The translations under genes and the position numbers were made by a program. Below, in pieces: positions 9,890 to 20,426 of a stretch of 64,000 nucleotides of DNA. The DNA comes from Alphaproteobacteria bacterium (lineage in GTDB: Bacteria > Pseudomonadota > Alphaproteobacteria > RF32 > CAG-239): positions 18,075-82,074 of the forward strand of contig JAZLAM010000006.1 in NCBI GenBank assembly GCA_045613125.1. Reading direction: 5' to 3'. How positions within the stretch are numbered: position 1 is the first letter of the stretch; the number at the start of each line of letters is the position of its first letter. The notes beneath the pieces are model-generated. The model saw only the letters and a program-made list of their open reading frames with translations, made no database searches and had not been told where the DNA came from.

Positions 9890-11091
9890 CAGTTACTTTC
9901 CTCCATCGCCAGTAAAAGTTTTTTAACACCGTCTTCCATAGTATCAGCCATCAACACTGGCAATCCTGAGCTTTGTAAAATTTCTGTTGCTTCATCTTTA
10001 TTTGTTCCTTCAAAACGGACTACTAACGGAACATTCAATCCTACTTCAGATGCAGCTGCAATTATACCATCTGCCACTAAATTACAGCGTAAAAAACCAC
10101 CTAAAATATTAATTAAAATACCTTCAACTTTAGGATTGGTCATAATAATTTTAATACCTGCCGAAATTTTATCTTTATCTACACCACCTTTAACATTTAA
10201 AAAACAATCCATTTTTTCATCAGTATTGACAAGAATATCTCTAATTGACAGGGCTATACCTTCTCCGTTTACGATACAACCTATACTACCATCATCAAAC
10301 GATCTGTATTGAAATCCATATTTGGATGCTTTTAATACTCTATCCTCATCTTCATAATCATCATGAAGTTTTGTTATATCTTTGTGACGGTATAATGCAT
10401 TATCATCAAAAGATATTTTGGCATCCAGCGCGATAAAATTTCCTTTTTTACTAATTCCAACCGGATTTATTTCTATCATTACGGCATCTAATTCTATAAA
10501 AGCTTTATACAAGCCAACAACAAATTTTTTTAATTTTTTTGCAAAAGATGTTTCAATTTTTAGAAACTTAAGAATCTTATTTATTTGCTCTGAACCTATT
10601 TTTTCATTTATATCAAGATTAATGCTTAAAATTTTCTCAGAATCGGAAATATCTAAGTCTAAAACATTGGCAGTTGTATCAGCTACCAATAATTTAACAC
10701 AAGGAACCATTCTATCAATTACAAAACTCATATAAAAAGTTTGTTTTACTACCACATGTTCTTCTATATAAACTTTACTGACTAATTTTCCTTTGGCACC
10801 TGTTTGCTTAGTAACCAGTGTTGAACCTAACATTTTTTCAGCTTCCGTAAAAACATCTTTTCTTCCGGCTACATATCTGATTCCCCCTTTTTTCCCGGCT
10901 TTTTTTTCAATAAATTTTCCATCAGCTCTTGCTCCTGATTGAATCTGAGCTTTTAGCATCCACGGACCTTTTGAAGATATATTAACAGCCACTCTTTTAG
11001 CTTCAGCCGGAGTATAAGCAATACCTCCTTTAGGTATTTCGATACCATAGCGGTTTAATATTTGTTTGGCCTGATACTCATGTATGTTCAT
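9889..11091 (-). CDS. sucC: Succinyl-CoA synthetase beta subunit (with an unusual loop insertion, see findings)
   Basis: Motifs MNIHEYQAKQIL, EINPV, NILGGFLRC, PLVVRFEGTN. Stop overlaps the sucD start. Confidence 0.9.
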   Translation of the reverse strand: MNIHEYQAKQILNRYGIEIPKGGIAYTPAEAKRVAVNISSKGPWMLKAQIQSGARADGKFIEKKAGKKGGIRYVAGRKDVFTEAEKMLGSTLVTKQTGAKGKLVSKVYIEEHVVVKQTFYMSFVIDRMVPCVKLLVADTTANVLDLDISDSEKILSINLDINEKIGSEQINKILKFLKIETSFAKKLKKFVVGLYKAFIELDAVMIEINPVGISKKGNFIALDAKISFDDNALYRHKDITKLHDDYEDEDRVLKASKYGFQYRSFDDGSIGCIVNGEGIALSIRDILVNTDEKMDCFLNVKGGVDKDKISAGIKIIMTNPKVEGILINILGGFLRCNLVADGIIAAASEVGLNVPLVVRFEGTNKDEATEILQSSGLPVLMADTMEDGVKKLLLAMEESN

Positions 11092-11103
11092 ATTTCATCA
11101 CTT

Positions 11104-11505
11104 TTAAGCATTATTAGCATAGAAACGGATTTTTTCTACCATAGACATCATCCCGTTCCGACGACTTGGGGTCAAGTGTTCTCCTAATCCTAGTTTAACA
11201 AAAAAATCTTCTACTTCAATTTCTTTTATTTCTTTTACAGATTTATTTGCATAAATAGATAATAATACTGATATAATTCCTTTAACCATTATAGCATCAC
11301 TATCGGCATAAAAATTTAATTTACCATCATGATAAACAGGAATCAGCCAAACTTGCGACTGACAACCGCTAACCTTAAATTCATCAATTTTATACTTTTC
11401 ATCTAATGAAGGAAGCTGTTCTCCGAGTTCAATCAAATATTGGTATTTTTCTTCCCAATCATCTAACATTGAAAAATTTTCTATTAAAGTATTAATATCT
11501 TGCAT
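11104..11505 (-). CDS. sufE: Cysteine desulfuration protein SufE
   Basis: 133 aa. Motifs DWEEKYQYLIELG, VSGCQSQVW, ADSDAIMVKGI. Confidence 0.85.
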   Translation of the reverse strand: MQDINTLIENFSMLDDWEEKYQYLIELGEQLPSLDEKYKIDEFKVSGCQSQVWLIPVYHDGKLNFYADSDAIMVKGIISVLLSIYANKSVKEIKEIEVEDFFVKLGLGEHLTPSRRNGMMSMVEKIRFYANNA

Positions 11506-11516
11506 CTATACATCTC

Positions 11517-11936
11517 CTAGAACATATCAAGCATTGCCTTAGCTTCTTCACTTAAACGATCTATTGTCCAAGCAGGCTCCCATACAACCTTAACTTCAAC
11601 TTTACCAGTTCCTTCAATTTTTGCGACAGCATTTGCCACTTCTTGTGGCAATATACCAGCCACAGGACACGTTGGAGCCGTTAATGTCATATCAATTACA
11701 ATATTACCATTTTCAAGTTGGTTAATTTTATATATAAGGCCTAAATCATATACGTTTATCATAATTTCAGGATCGGAAACAGTTTTTATAGCTTCAACAA
11801 TATCATACATACCAGCTTTTGTTTGAGAAATTTCTAACTCCGTTCCTGCATATGCTTTATATTCAGGAGTTTCAGTTTCTTCAACACTCATTGCTTGAAG
11901 TAAAAGAGCCTCTGTTTCGTCAATATTTTCTACCAT
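11517..11936 (-). CDS. sufT: SUF-associated DUF59 (SufT-like) Fe-S assembly protein
   Basis: Motifs DPEIMINVYDLGLIY and LTAPTCPVAG. It lies between sufS and sufE. Confidence 0.8.
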   Translation of the reverse strand: MVENIDETEALLLQAMSVEETETPEYKAYAGTELEISQTKAGMYDIVEAIKTVSDPEIMINVYDLGLIYKINQLENGNIVIDMTLTAPTCPVAGILPQEVANAVAKIEGTGKVEVKVVWEPAWTIDRLSEEAKAMLDMF

Positions 11937-11988
11937 ATGTTCCTCTGCCTGTTTTGTTTTCGGTATTCTTATACTAAAAATAACAATA

Positions 11989-13200
11989 TTAAAAAAATTT
12001 CATAGCCTTATCAACTGCCTTTACAAAAGCATCTATGTCATCTTTAGAAGTATAAAGTCCAAATGAAGCTCTTGCAACAGAATTATATCCCATACGCGTA
12101 ACCAATGGTTCAGCACAGTGATGCCCCACCCTGATACATACTCCTTCTTTATTTAATACATATGCTAAATCTTGCGGATGAATATTACCAACTTGAAATG
12201 AAAAGACACCACCTTTATTTTTTACTTTACCTATATGCTTAAAATCTTTTATCTCAGAAGTTACATCAAACATGTATTTTACTAGATTTTCTTCATGTCT
12301 GTCAATATTTTCCATTCCTAAATTTTGAACATATCTAACAGATTCTGCCAGACCAATTGCTTGTACAATTGCCGGCGTTCCTGCTTCAAAACGAGCCGGT
12401 GGTAATGCAAAGGTGGTCTCTTGATAAGTTACTTTATCGACCATATCCCCCCCTGTTTGATATGGTATCATCTCATTTAACAGATTATATTTACCGAATA
12501 AAACACCTATTCCTGTCGGGCCATAAAGCTTATGTCCGGAAAAAACCAAAAAATCGCAATCTATCTTTTTAACATCAATTTTTTTATGAACAGCAAACTG
12601 ACAAGCATCTATCAAAACTTTTGCACCAACATTATGTGCTGCTTTAACAATATTGTTTATTGGAAATATGGTTCCCAATACATTTGACATTGCCGTAATG
12701 GATACTAATTTTGTTTTTGGAGATAGTTTTTGTAAAAATTGTTCTTCAGAATAACTTCCATCATTTTCAATTTTAAATACTACTAATTTACATTGTTTTT
12801 GACAGCATACCCTTTGCCAAGGTATAATATTTGCGTGATGTTCTGCCTCAGAAATCAATATTTCATCATCTTTATTCAGATTTTTTTCAGCCCACGATGA
12901 TGCAATCAAGTTTATTGATTCCGTTGCATTTCTAGTAAATACTATTTCATTTTTATCAGCGCTTATAAATTCTGCTATACAATGCCGGGAATTTTCATAT
13001 TCAGTGGTTATTGTTTCCGCCAAATCATATATACTTCTGTGAACATTCGCATAAGAATTTTGATAAATGTTTACAATCTTATCAATCATACATTTGGGCT
13101 TTTGTGCAGAGGCAGCCGAATCCAGATAAATAATTTGTTTATTATTTATCTGATTCTTAAAAATAGGAAAATCTTCTCTTATTTTGCTGATATCATACAT
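11989..13200 (-). CDS. sufS: Cysteine desulfurase SufS (class V aminotransferase)
   Basis: PLP lysine in FSGHKLYGPTG and catalytic Cys loop RVGHHCAEP. Confidence 0.92.
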   Translation of the reverse strand: MYDISKIREDFPIFKNQINNKQIIYLDSAASAQKPKCMIDKIVNIYQNSYANVHRSIYDLAETITTEYENSRHCIAEFISADKNEIVFTRNATESINLIASSWAEKNLNKDDEILISEAEHHANIIPWQRVCCQKQCKLVVFKIENDGSYSEEQFLQKLSPKTKLVSITAMSNVLGTIFPINNIVKAAHNVGAKVLIDACQFAVHKKIDVKKIDCDFLVFSGHKLYGPTGIGVLFGKYNLLNEMIPYQTGGDMVDKVTYQETTFALPPARFEAGTPAIVQAIGLAESVRYVQNLGMENIDRHEENLVKYMFDVTSEIKDFKHIGKVKNKGGVFSFQVGNIHPQDLAYVLNKEGVCIRVGHHCAEPLVTRMGYNSVARASFGLYTSKDDIDAFVKAVDKAMKFF

Positions 13201-13259
13201 ATTTACCTCTCTATTTTAATTTAGCAAGCATTTAAAAAAAATCAATCTAAACCGACACA

Positions 13260-15278
13260 CTAATTCCACAACCTTTTACCTATATCAGAACGTATAGTTT
13301 TTATCTCTGATTTACCATTTTTTATATAAACGATTCCTCCTCCGTCTTTCAGCGTATCAACGAGCCTATCTTCAATCCATATTTTTCCTTTTTTATCCCA
13401 TGAAATGATATTTTTATAAACACACATATTTTCATTACAACTTAAATCAAGCCATTGTTTATCAACTAAATTTCCCTTATATATTTCTTTCAATTTTTGT
13501 GTATCTGAAATATCTGCACTTGCTGTTTTTTCAAGCCATATTTGTTTTATGAAAGCATTGGATTTTACAGGCATTACAATTAGATTAGAAAAATTATCCT
13601 TTACTGCAACATTTTTTCCGCTTGCATCATAAATCATATCTGGAACCTTAACCCAAAAAACGCTCATAGCTCCAATAATTACAGGCAATACGCCCCATAT
13701 CCGCCATTTTTTTTGCCACAAACAAAGCCATAATCCTCCCCAAACAATCAACATCAATCCCCAAAATGGCATGGATAACACCTGATATCCGGCTTGAGGT
13801 AAATTTGAAACATATGCTGTAATTTCATTTACGGTTTTTATTCCATATCCTACAATTTTAAGTGGCCAAATATAAAGTCCGAATGGCATTAAAAAAAGAG
13901 CCAATAAAACAAAAGGCATAATAACAAGCCCTATAACTGGACCTGCTAAAAAATTGCCCAATGTAGTGTAAATAGCTATTCTGTTAAAATGATATATTGC
14001 AAATGGAAGTGTTGCCATACTTGCTACAAAATCTGATATCAAAAGACCGCCGATGTAAGCAATCGTAATCTTTAAAATACTTTTTCCCTTAAAAAATTTA
14101 TGTATAGAAGATGCATATCTTTCATAAAAAGCAATTAACACCAATACTGCGGCGAAAGACATTTGAAAACTAGCGCTAATAAGAGCATACGGAGAAATGC
14201 TCAAAACAATAAAGGCAGCAATACTCAACATCCTTATAGAAATTGCAGTACGTGAAAATAAAACACCCAGCAATACTACAAAAGTCATAATAAAAGCTCT
14301 TTGAGCCGGTATTTCAGCCCCTGATATTAATAAATAAATAAAGCTTATAAAAATAGCAAAAATTGCGGCCATTTTCTTCGAATTATATCTTAAAGCAAGG
14401 GCTGGTATAAAACTTATAAATAGGCGTATCATAAAAAAAGCCATAGCAGCAATCATCGACATATGTAGACCGGAAATTGATAGAAAATGAGCAAGCCCTG
14501 AATTTTGGTATGACTTGTTTAATTCTTGCGAAATTCCATCTCTATCTCCAGCTAATATAGCTGCCGTAACAGCAGCTTCATTAGATGGTAATTCTGCATA
14601 TATATTTTTAACCACATTTTTTCTCATCTTATTTGTTAATTGCACCAACTTATCAAAAAACGACGGATCTTTAGAACAAGAGATTTGAAAAGCTGTACTA
14701 TTTGCATACCCTATTGCACTCATACCTTCATAAAAATATTTACGGTTAAACTGATATGTATTGGGCATAACTGGCATCATAGGAGGCATAAGTGTAGCTA
14801 TCATTTCCACACAATTTCCCTCAATCAAGTTTGTTTTTTTTGAAGAAAGTGTTATCCTGTACATACCTTTTTTGGGATTATCGAAATCAGCAGCATCATC
14901 TAGCAGCAATCTAACTTTTCCCTTAGTATTACTATCTATTTTTATAATACGACCTTTTAAATAAGTAATTTCTTTTTGATCTTTCGGATATTCTAGAAAT
15001 TTTGATTTATAAATACTTCTTATCTGTATATTTGCAAAACCAAAAGCTATAATTAACAAAGATGTTACAACAAAAAATCTTACAAAATTATATCTCCAGA
15101 CATATAAAAGAACTAATAAAACTTCAACAATAACCACTGTAAACCAAGATGACGGTTCCGAATATGGCAAAAAATATAATCCTATACCCAAACCAAATAA
15201 AACCGGTAACCAAAGAATAAACCTTTCTTTTTCGGCAAAAAAATTCTCCCTTAATTTGTTTAGGAAAGACCTCAACAT
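13260..15278 (-). CDS. comEC: ComEC/Rec2 family inner-membrane DNA channel protein
   Basis: 672 aa polytopic protein with Competence-domain motif SGLAHFLSISGLHMS. I see no HxHxDH metallo-beta-lactamase motif at the C-terminus. Confidence 0.85.
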   Translation of the reverse strand: MLRSFLNKLRENFFAEKERFILWLPVLFGLGIGLYFLPYSEPSSWFTVVIVEVLLVLLYVWRYNFVRFFVVTSLLIIAFGFANIQIRSIYKSKFLEYPKDQKEITYLKGRIIKIDSNTKGKVRLLLDDAADFDNPKKGMYRITLSSKKTNLIEGNCVEMIATLMPPMMPVMPNTYQFNRKYFYEGMSAIGYANSTAFQISCSKDPSFFDKLVQLTNKMRKNVVKNIYAELPSNEAAVTAAILAGDRDGISQELNKSYQNSGLAHFLSISGLHMSMIAAMAFFMIRLFISFIPALALRYNSKKMAAIFAIFISFIYLLISGAEIPAQRAFIMTFVVLLGVLFSRTAISIRMLSIAAFIVLSISPYALISASFQMSFAAVLVLIAFYERYASSIHKFFKGKSILKITIAYIGGLLISDFVASMATLPFAIYHFNRIAIYTTLGNFLAGPVIGLVIMPFVLLALFLMPFGLYIWPLKIVGYGIKTVNEITAYVSNLPQAGYQVLSMPFWGLMLIVWGGLWLCLWQKKWRIWGVLPVIIGAMSVFWVKVPDMIYDASGKNVAVKDNFSNLIVMPVKSNAFIKQIWLEKTASADISDTQKLKEIYKGNLVDKQWLDLSCNENMCVYKNIISWDKKGKIWIEDRLVDTLKDGGGIVYIKNGKSEIKTIRSDIGKRLWN

Positions 15279-15293
15279 ATTCTCCGATAAAAA

Positions 15294-16451
15294 TTATTTA
15301 TGTTTTTTCTTTTTTATCAAGTCAAATACAACATCGCATACATTAGCGCTAGGAGTTTGTTCTCCCAAACCCAAAGCCTCTTTTACCTTAACAAATCCTT
15401 CTTTCTGACGTTCATATAGAGATTGTTTTTTCAACAATTCTTCAACATTATACAGAATTTTCTCTTCATTACAATTTTCTTGTAATAACTCCGGTATAAT
15501 TTCTCGACCTAATAAAATATTACTCAAATTAACAAATTGTATTTTTAAGAATCGGCGAGCAAGCCAAGCCGATACAACTGACAATTTATAAGCTATAATA
15601 TGTGGAACATCAACTATAGCAAGCTCCAACGCGACAGTTCCAGAAGCAGCAATTGCAACTTCAGATGCACAAAAAGCATCATGTCTATCGCTTTCATTAT
15701 TTACTATAATGATTGGCAACTTACTATCTTCAACCATAGCTTTTACTCTATCTTCAACTGTATGAACTGTAGGAATCACAAAACAAAAATCCGGATATTT
15801 CTCCGTTAACTTTTGTACGACATTCAAAAATACCGGTAATAATCGACTCACTTCAGTATGTCTTGATCCTGGTAAAACTGCCATAATACGTTTATTTTCA
15901 TCAATATTATAACGAACTCTGAAATCATTACCGTTTGCCCATAAAACGCTACTTTCGATAACCGGATGTCCGACAAATGTCGTATCCAAACCGTGCGGAA
16001 TAAAATATTTAGGTTCATAAGGAAACAAAGTAAGCAAATGATCAATATATTTATGCATAGTCTTAGCACGTTTTTTCTTCCATGCCCAAACCTGTGGTGC
16101 CACATAATGGACTTGCGGAATATTCAGATTTTTACGGCGTAGTAATTTATGTATACGAGCAGAAAAGCTCCAACTGTCAATTGTTATAACAACATCGGGC
16201 TTTACTTTTTCAATTTCTGCTATGGTTTGTGAAAAACGTTTAAAAATTTTAGGTAGAGATGGTAAAACTTCAAACAAACCCATAACCGAAAGTTCTGATA
16301 TATCAAACAAAGATTTCAAACCTTCCCTTTGCATTGTTTCACCACCGATGCCAAAAAATTTGACTTCCGGATTTTTCGCCAACATTGCTCTCATTAGACG
16401 CGAACCTAATAAATCGCCTGATGGTTCTCCTGCAATCAAATATATCTTCAT
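15294..16451 (-). CDS. lpxB: Lipid-A-disaccharide synthase
   Basis: Motifs MKIYLIAGEPSGD, YVAPQVWAWKKKR, ASGTVALELA. Confidence 0.9.
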   Translation of the reverse strand: MKIYLIAGEPSGDLLGSRLMRAMLAKNPEVKFFGIGGETMQREGLKSLFDISELSVMGLFEVLPSLPKIFKRFSQTIAEIEKVKPDVVITIDSWSFSARIHKLLRRKNLNIPQVHYVAPQVWAWKKKRAKTMHKYIDHLLTLFPYEPKYFIPHGLDTTFVGHPVIESSVLWANGNDFRVRYNIDENKRIMAVLPGSRHTEVSRLLPVFLNVVQKLTEKYPDFCFVIPTVHTVEDRVKAMVEDSKLPIIIVNNESDRHDAFCASEVAIAASGTVALELAIVDVPHIIAYKLSVVSAWLARRFLKIQFVNLSNILLGREIIPELLQENCNEEKILYNVEELLKKQSLYERQKEGFVKVKEALGLGEQTPSANVCDVVFDLIKKKKHK

Positions 16452-17290
16452 TTTACTTTCTCCGCCGGGTTTACACCGATAACAAACATTTTATACTTAT
16501 TTGCAAGCTCAATTACTTTTTGTTCATCAACAATTAATGCATTTCCGGCATGAACTGCTATTCCTCTCAAGCCTGCTTTATGCGCATTTTCTATTGTTGC
16601 AATACCGATTGTTGGTAAATCAATACGCATATCTTGTTGTATTTTTCTTAATTTAACCAAAACGCCACCTGTCCCTTTTCGACGATAATCGGCACATCGC
16701 CTAATAAGTTCATCTGTCCCTTCAATTCCTTCCACGCCTAACACTAAACCTTGCTGAACAATGACAGATTGTCCGACATCAAGAGCCCCTAATGTAATAT
16801 CAACCTCTATACCTCTTTCAATATCGACAAGCGCTTGTTTATCAGGTTTTACCTTTGTAAGCAATCCTTCTTTTACCAATAAATCCGGCATAATTTCATG
16901 AACACCAACAACTTTTATATTTTCATTTTCAATTTCTTTAATCAAGGCACGCAAGATACCATCATCACCTAAAGCTCTTAAACCAAGCTTAGTAAAAAAG
17001 GCTGTCGTTCTCAAATCAGGAACAAGCTCAGAAAACGTAGGTCTATGAATTGTGCCGATCATAACAACATCTTGAACACCTTCATCTTTTAATAGTTTAA
17101 ACCCTGTTCCGGCCTGACCTATCCTTATCCATTTATGATTTATACTATCATCAAATATAGCTCTATCAGCATTTCCTTCTATTGCCAAAACAAAATAAGG
17201 AATTTTGTGATTTTTTGCATAATCTATTAATATGTGCGGAATAGAACCTCCGCCTGCTATTATACCTAATTTTCGCTTATTATCACTCAT
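16448..17290 (-). CDS. lpxI: UDP-2,3-diacylglucosamine pyrophosphatase LpxI (DUF1009)
   Basis: Motifs KLGIIAGGGSIP, LDVGQSVIVQQGLVLGVEGIEGTDELIRR, DLPTIGIATIENAHKAGLRGIAV. It closely parallels Caulobacter LpxI from memory. Stop overlaps the lpxB start. Confidence 0.88.
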   Translation of the reverse strand: MSDNKRKLGIIAGGGSIPHILIDYAKNHKIPYFVLAIEGNADRAIFDDSINHKWIRIGQAGTGFKLLKDEGVQDVVMIGTIHRPTFSELVPDLRTTAFFTKLGLRALGDDGILRALIKEIENENIKVVGVHEIMPDLLVKEGLLTKVKPDKQALVDIERGIEVDITLGALDVGQSVIVQQGLVLGVEGIEGTDELIRRCADYRRKGTGGVLVKLRKIQQDMRIDLPTIGIATIENAHKAGLRGIAVHAGNALIVDEQKVIELANKYKMFVIGVNPAEKVK

Positions 17291-17456
17291 AATTACTTTC
17301 TCAATATTAAAACTTTTCTTAAACTATCATACTTATTTTAGTTTTTCAAGAACCAGTTTAAAGCTTTTTACTTCTATGTAAAATAAAGGCTTTATGATTG
17401 ACACTTGAAATCATCAGTGTTATTGATATAAAAAACGATATTATCGGGGAAAAATT

Positions 17457-18260
17457 GTGATAACAAATAAAAATTCTATAAAAATATATGAAAAGACCGA
17501 TTTTGAAGGAATGCGTAAAGCCGGAAAATTGGCAGCGGAATGTTTAGATTATATAACAGAATATGTCAAAGAAGGGATTTCTACCGGAGAATTAGACGAT
17601 TTATGCCGAGAATTCATCATAAATCATGGTGCTATTCCTGCCTGTTTAGGTTATAGAGGCTATCCCAAAACTATTTGTGTATCTGTAAATCATGTTATTT
17701 GTCACGGAATTCCTACTTATGATAGAAAACTTGTCAATGGAGATATCGCAAACATAGATGTCACTGTAATTTTAAACGGTTGGTATGGTGATACAAGCAG
17801 AATGTATTATGTCGGCAAGCCCAAAATTAAAGCAACCAGGTTATGTGAAGTTACTTATGAATGTTTGATGCGTGGAATTGACGCTGTACGTCCGGGGGCT
17901 CACTTTGGGGATATAGGTGCTGTAATTGAAGAATATGCACACAAATATGGTTATTCGGTAGTAGATATGTTTTGCGGACACGGTTTAGGAAAAGTTTTTC
18001 ACGATGAGCCTAACGTAATGCACTGCGGTAAAAAAGGTACCGGTCCACTTATTGAAGAGGGTATGTTCTTTACTATTGAACCAATGATAAACATCGGAAA
18101 AAAAGACGGAATCATCTTATCTAACGGATGGACTGCCGTTACCAGAGATAAAAGCTTATCTGCTCAATTTGAACATTCTTTAGGTGTAACTAAAGACGGC
18201 TGTGAAATATTTACATATTCTCCTAAAGGATTAGATAAACCACCTTATAAATTGGACTAA
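17457..18260 (+). CDS. map: Methionine aminopeptidase type I
   Basis: GTG start with GGGGA upstream. Motifs ICHGIP, DIANIDVT, GHGLGKVFHDEP, FTIEPM. Confidence 0.95.
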   Translation: MITNKNSIKIYEKTDFEGMRKAGKLAAECLDYITEYVKEGISTGELDDLCREFIINHGAIPACLGYRGYPKTICVSVNHVICHGIPTYDRKLVNGDIANIDVTVILNGWYGDTSRMYYVGKPKIKATRLCEVTYECLMRGIDAVRPGAHFGDIGAVIEEYAHKYGYSVVDMFCGHGLGKVFHDEPNVMHCGKKGTGPLIEEGMFFTIEPMINIGKKDGIILSNGWTAVTRDKSLSAQFEHSLGVTKDGCEIFTYSPKGLDKPPYKLD

Positions 18261-18262
18261 AT

Positions 18263-18979
18263 ATGAAAGAACAAGAAGTTAAAGAAAAACCTCATTATTT
18301 AGGGCACAGAATGCGCCTAAGAGAGAGATTCTTGAAAGATGAAGGCAAAAGCATGGCCGACTATGAGCTTCTGGAACTGCTGTTGACCATAGCCATTCCC
18401 AGAAGAGATGTGAAACAAAAAGCTAAAGATTTGCTCAAGCATTTTGGTAGTTTCAATAAAGTAATTACAGCTTCTCAAAATTCTTTATCTTCTTATGGAT
18501 TATCGGAAAATGTTATTACCCTTTTAAAAGTTGTTAAAGCATCTGCAATAAAAATGTCTTGGCAAGAATTAAGCAGTCGCGACGAACCTATTCTTAGTAA
18601 TTTTGATTATATGCTGGATTATTGTAGAACAGCAATGTCCCATCTTGATATAGAAGAATTTAGAGTGATTTTTTTAGATGCACGTTTAAGAATAATTACA
18701 GAAGAAACTTTACAAAGAGGAAGCGTAAACTGTGTTTCTGTTCATCCGAGAGAAATTTTGAAAGCTGCTATACAAAATAATGCCACATCAGTAATTTTAA
18801 TGCATAACCATCCAAGCGGAAATCCTAAACCTTCCATAAAAGACCTGGAGGTTACAAAACAAATAATTATCGCTTTAAAATCAGTAGATATTAATGTAAA
18901 TGATCATATTATTATATCTCCAAATACATATTATAGCTTTTTAGAAGAAGGCATACTTGCCAGACTAAAGAAAGAATGA
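18263..18979 (+). CDS. radC: RadC-family JAB/MPN domain protein
   Basis: HhH-like N-terminus (YELLELLL) and JAMM motif LMHNHPSGNPKPSIKD. Confidence 0.9.
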   Translation: MKEQEVKEKPHYLGHRMRLRERFLKDEGKSMADYELLELLLTIAIPRRDVKQKAKDLLKHFGSFNKVITASQNSLSSYGLSENVITLLKVVKASAIKMSWQELSSRDEPILSNFDYMLDYCRTAMSHLDIEEFRVIFLDARLRIITEETLQRGSVNCVSVHPREILKAAIQNNATSVILMHNHPSGNPKPSIKDLEVTKQIIIALKSVDINVNDHIIISPNTYYSFLEEGILARLKKE

Positions 18980-18990
18980 AAGGTTAAATA

Positions 18991-19506
18991 ATGAAAATTT
19001 CTAACATGATTGATTCTATTAATGATGATGTATGTTTTCAAACTTCTGATAATAAACGATTTCGATTACGGGCTGCTGCGATTATTATTGAGGATAATCA
19101 TATATTATTTGCAACCAACAGTTCAGAAAATTACTATTACTCCATCGGTGGAGCAATAAATCTCGGTGAAACTGCCGAAAATGCAGTCAAAAGAGAAGTT
19201 TTGGAAGAAACCGGAATTACTTATGAAATTGATAGGCTTGCTTTTGTACAAGAAAACTTTTTTAAACGTAATGATGGAATGTTAAAAGGTTTAAGCTGTC
19301 ACGAAATTACATTTTTTTTCTTAATGAAACCCAGAGGTTCTAAAATATTGAACAGTCACAGTAAGACTTTAAATAATACCATTGAAGAACAGATGGTCTG
19401 GCTTGATATTGATAAACTTGATCAATATGAAGCTTACCCTATGTTTTTTAGAGATAAATTAAAAAATCTAAAACCTTATATTGAACATATTGTAACTCGT
19501 CAATAA
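18991..19506 (+). CDS. NUDIX hydrolase
   Basis: Nudix box GGAINLGETAENAVKREVLEETGI. Confidence 0.85.
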   Translation: MKISNMIDSINDDVCFQTSDNKRFRLRAAAIIIEDNHILFATNSSENYYYSIGGAINLGETAENAVKREVLEETGITYEIDRLAFVQENFFKRNDGMLKGLSCHEITFFFLMKPRGSKILNSHSKTLNNTIEEQMVWLDIDKLDQYEAYPMFFRDKLKNLKPYIEHIVTRQ

Positions 19507-19513
19507 AAAACAA

Positions 19514-19546
19514 ATAAGCCTCCCAAAAAAGGAGGCTTATTTGTTG
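19514..19546. terminator. Bidirectional rho-independent terminator between convergent genes
   Basis: Perfect 10 bp stem ATAAGCCTCC / GGAGGCTTAT with a 7 nt loop. An A-run precedes it and TTTGTTG follows. Confidence 0.7.
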
Positions 19547-19566
19547 TACTATAAATTAAAACATTA

Positions 19567-20334
19567 TTATGCCTCAAGAATAATATACTCTATCTTATTA
19601 GCTTCGGCTTTAATAACATTTAATTTGATATTATTTATATTGACGATTTTATTATCAAGCGAGAACATATATTTATTACTTACCTCTCCATCACCTAACG
19701 TTTTGTACGTAAACACCATTTGATTATTTTCTATTCCGTCATAGATAAGCTCATAACCATACAAAGTTTCTGACACTTCCGTACGTGTACTAATAACTGG
19801 TGTCATAACAACATCATCAGGTTCTAAACTAAACAAAGCATCTAAAATAACTATACGATTACCAACCATACGACCGATACGATTATAAAATTCTCCAACC
19901 TCATTTACAAGTAAAACATCTTTACTGTCTCCTTGATAAACAAGCATATATCGGCTTCCATCAAATTTAACTTCACCAAATGCTTTAAATTCTCCATCTT
20001 TTCTGAGATAAATCGGAGATAATGCTGAACTTAAAACAGCATTTTTATTTATTCTCAAATTTTCCACACTGTAAAAATCTGTTCTGAAGGTTCTGCTTGA
20101 AGCCATAATTCTGCCGGTTTTAGTAACTAACACGGTATCTTTTTCCAACTTTTCCTCAGTAATAGTCTTACTTTCAGACAAAAACTCTTCACCTGTAGTC
20201 CTATCATAATTAAACACTTTTTCTGTTTGCCATATTTTAAACGGAGTGTAACGATTGGTTAAAAAATCTTTTGTATCTGATAAAGAACAAGCTCCAAACA
20301 TTAAAACCGATAAGATTGCTATAATTTTTTTCAT
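19567..20334 (-). CDS. Hypothetical lipoprotein
   Basis: Signal peptide with lipobox MKKIIAILSVLMFGAC|S. I recognise no family. Confidence 0.6.
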   Translation of the reverse strand: MKKIIAILSVLMFGACSLSDTKDFLTNRYTPFKIWQTEKVFNYDRTTGEEFLSESKTITEEKLEKDTVLVTKTGRIMASSRTFRTDFYSVENLRINKNAVLSSALSPIYLRKDGEFKAFGEVKFDGSRYMLVYQGDSKDVLLVNEVGEFYNRIGRMVGNRIVILDALFSLEPDDVVMTPVISTRTEVSETLYGYELIYDGIENNQMVFTYKTLGDGEVSNKYMFSLDNKIVNINNIKLNVIKAEANKIEYIILEA

Positions 20335-20426
20335 GTGACTAATCTCTTTAATTGATGTTTAAACATTATTTATGTATAAACTATATATCAGATTTAGTAA
20401 ATAAAAAGATAACAAACGGGAAAAAT

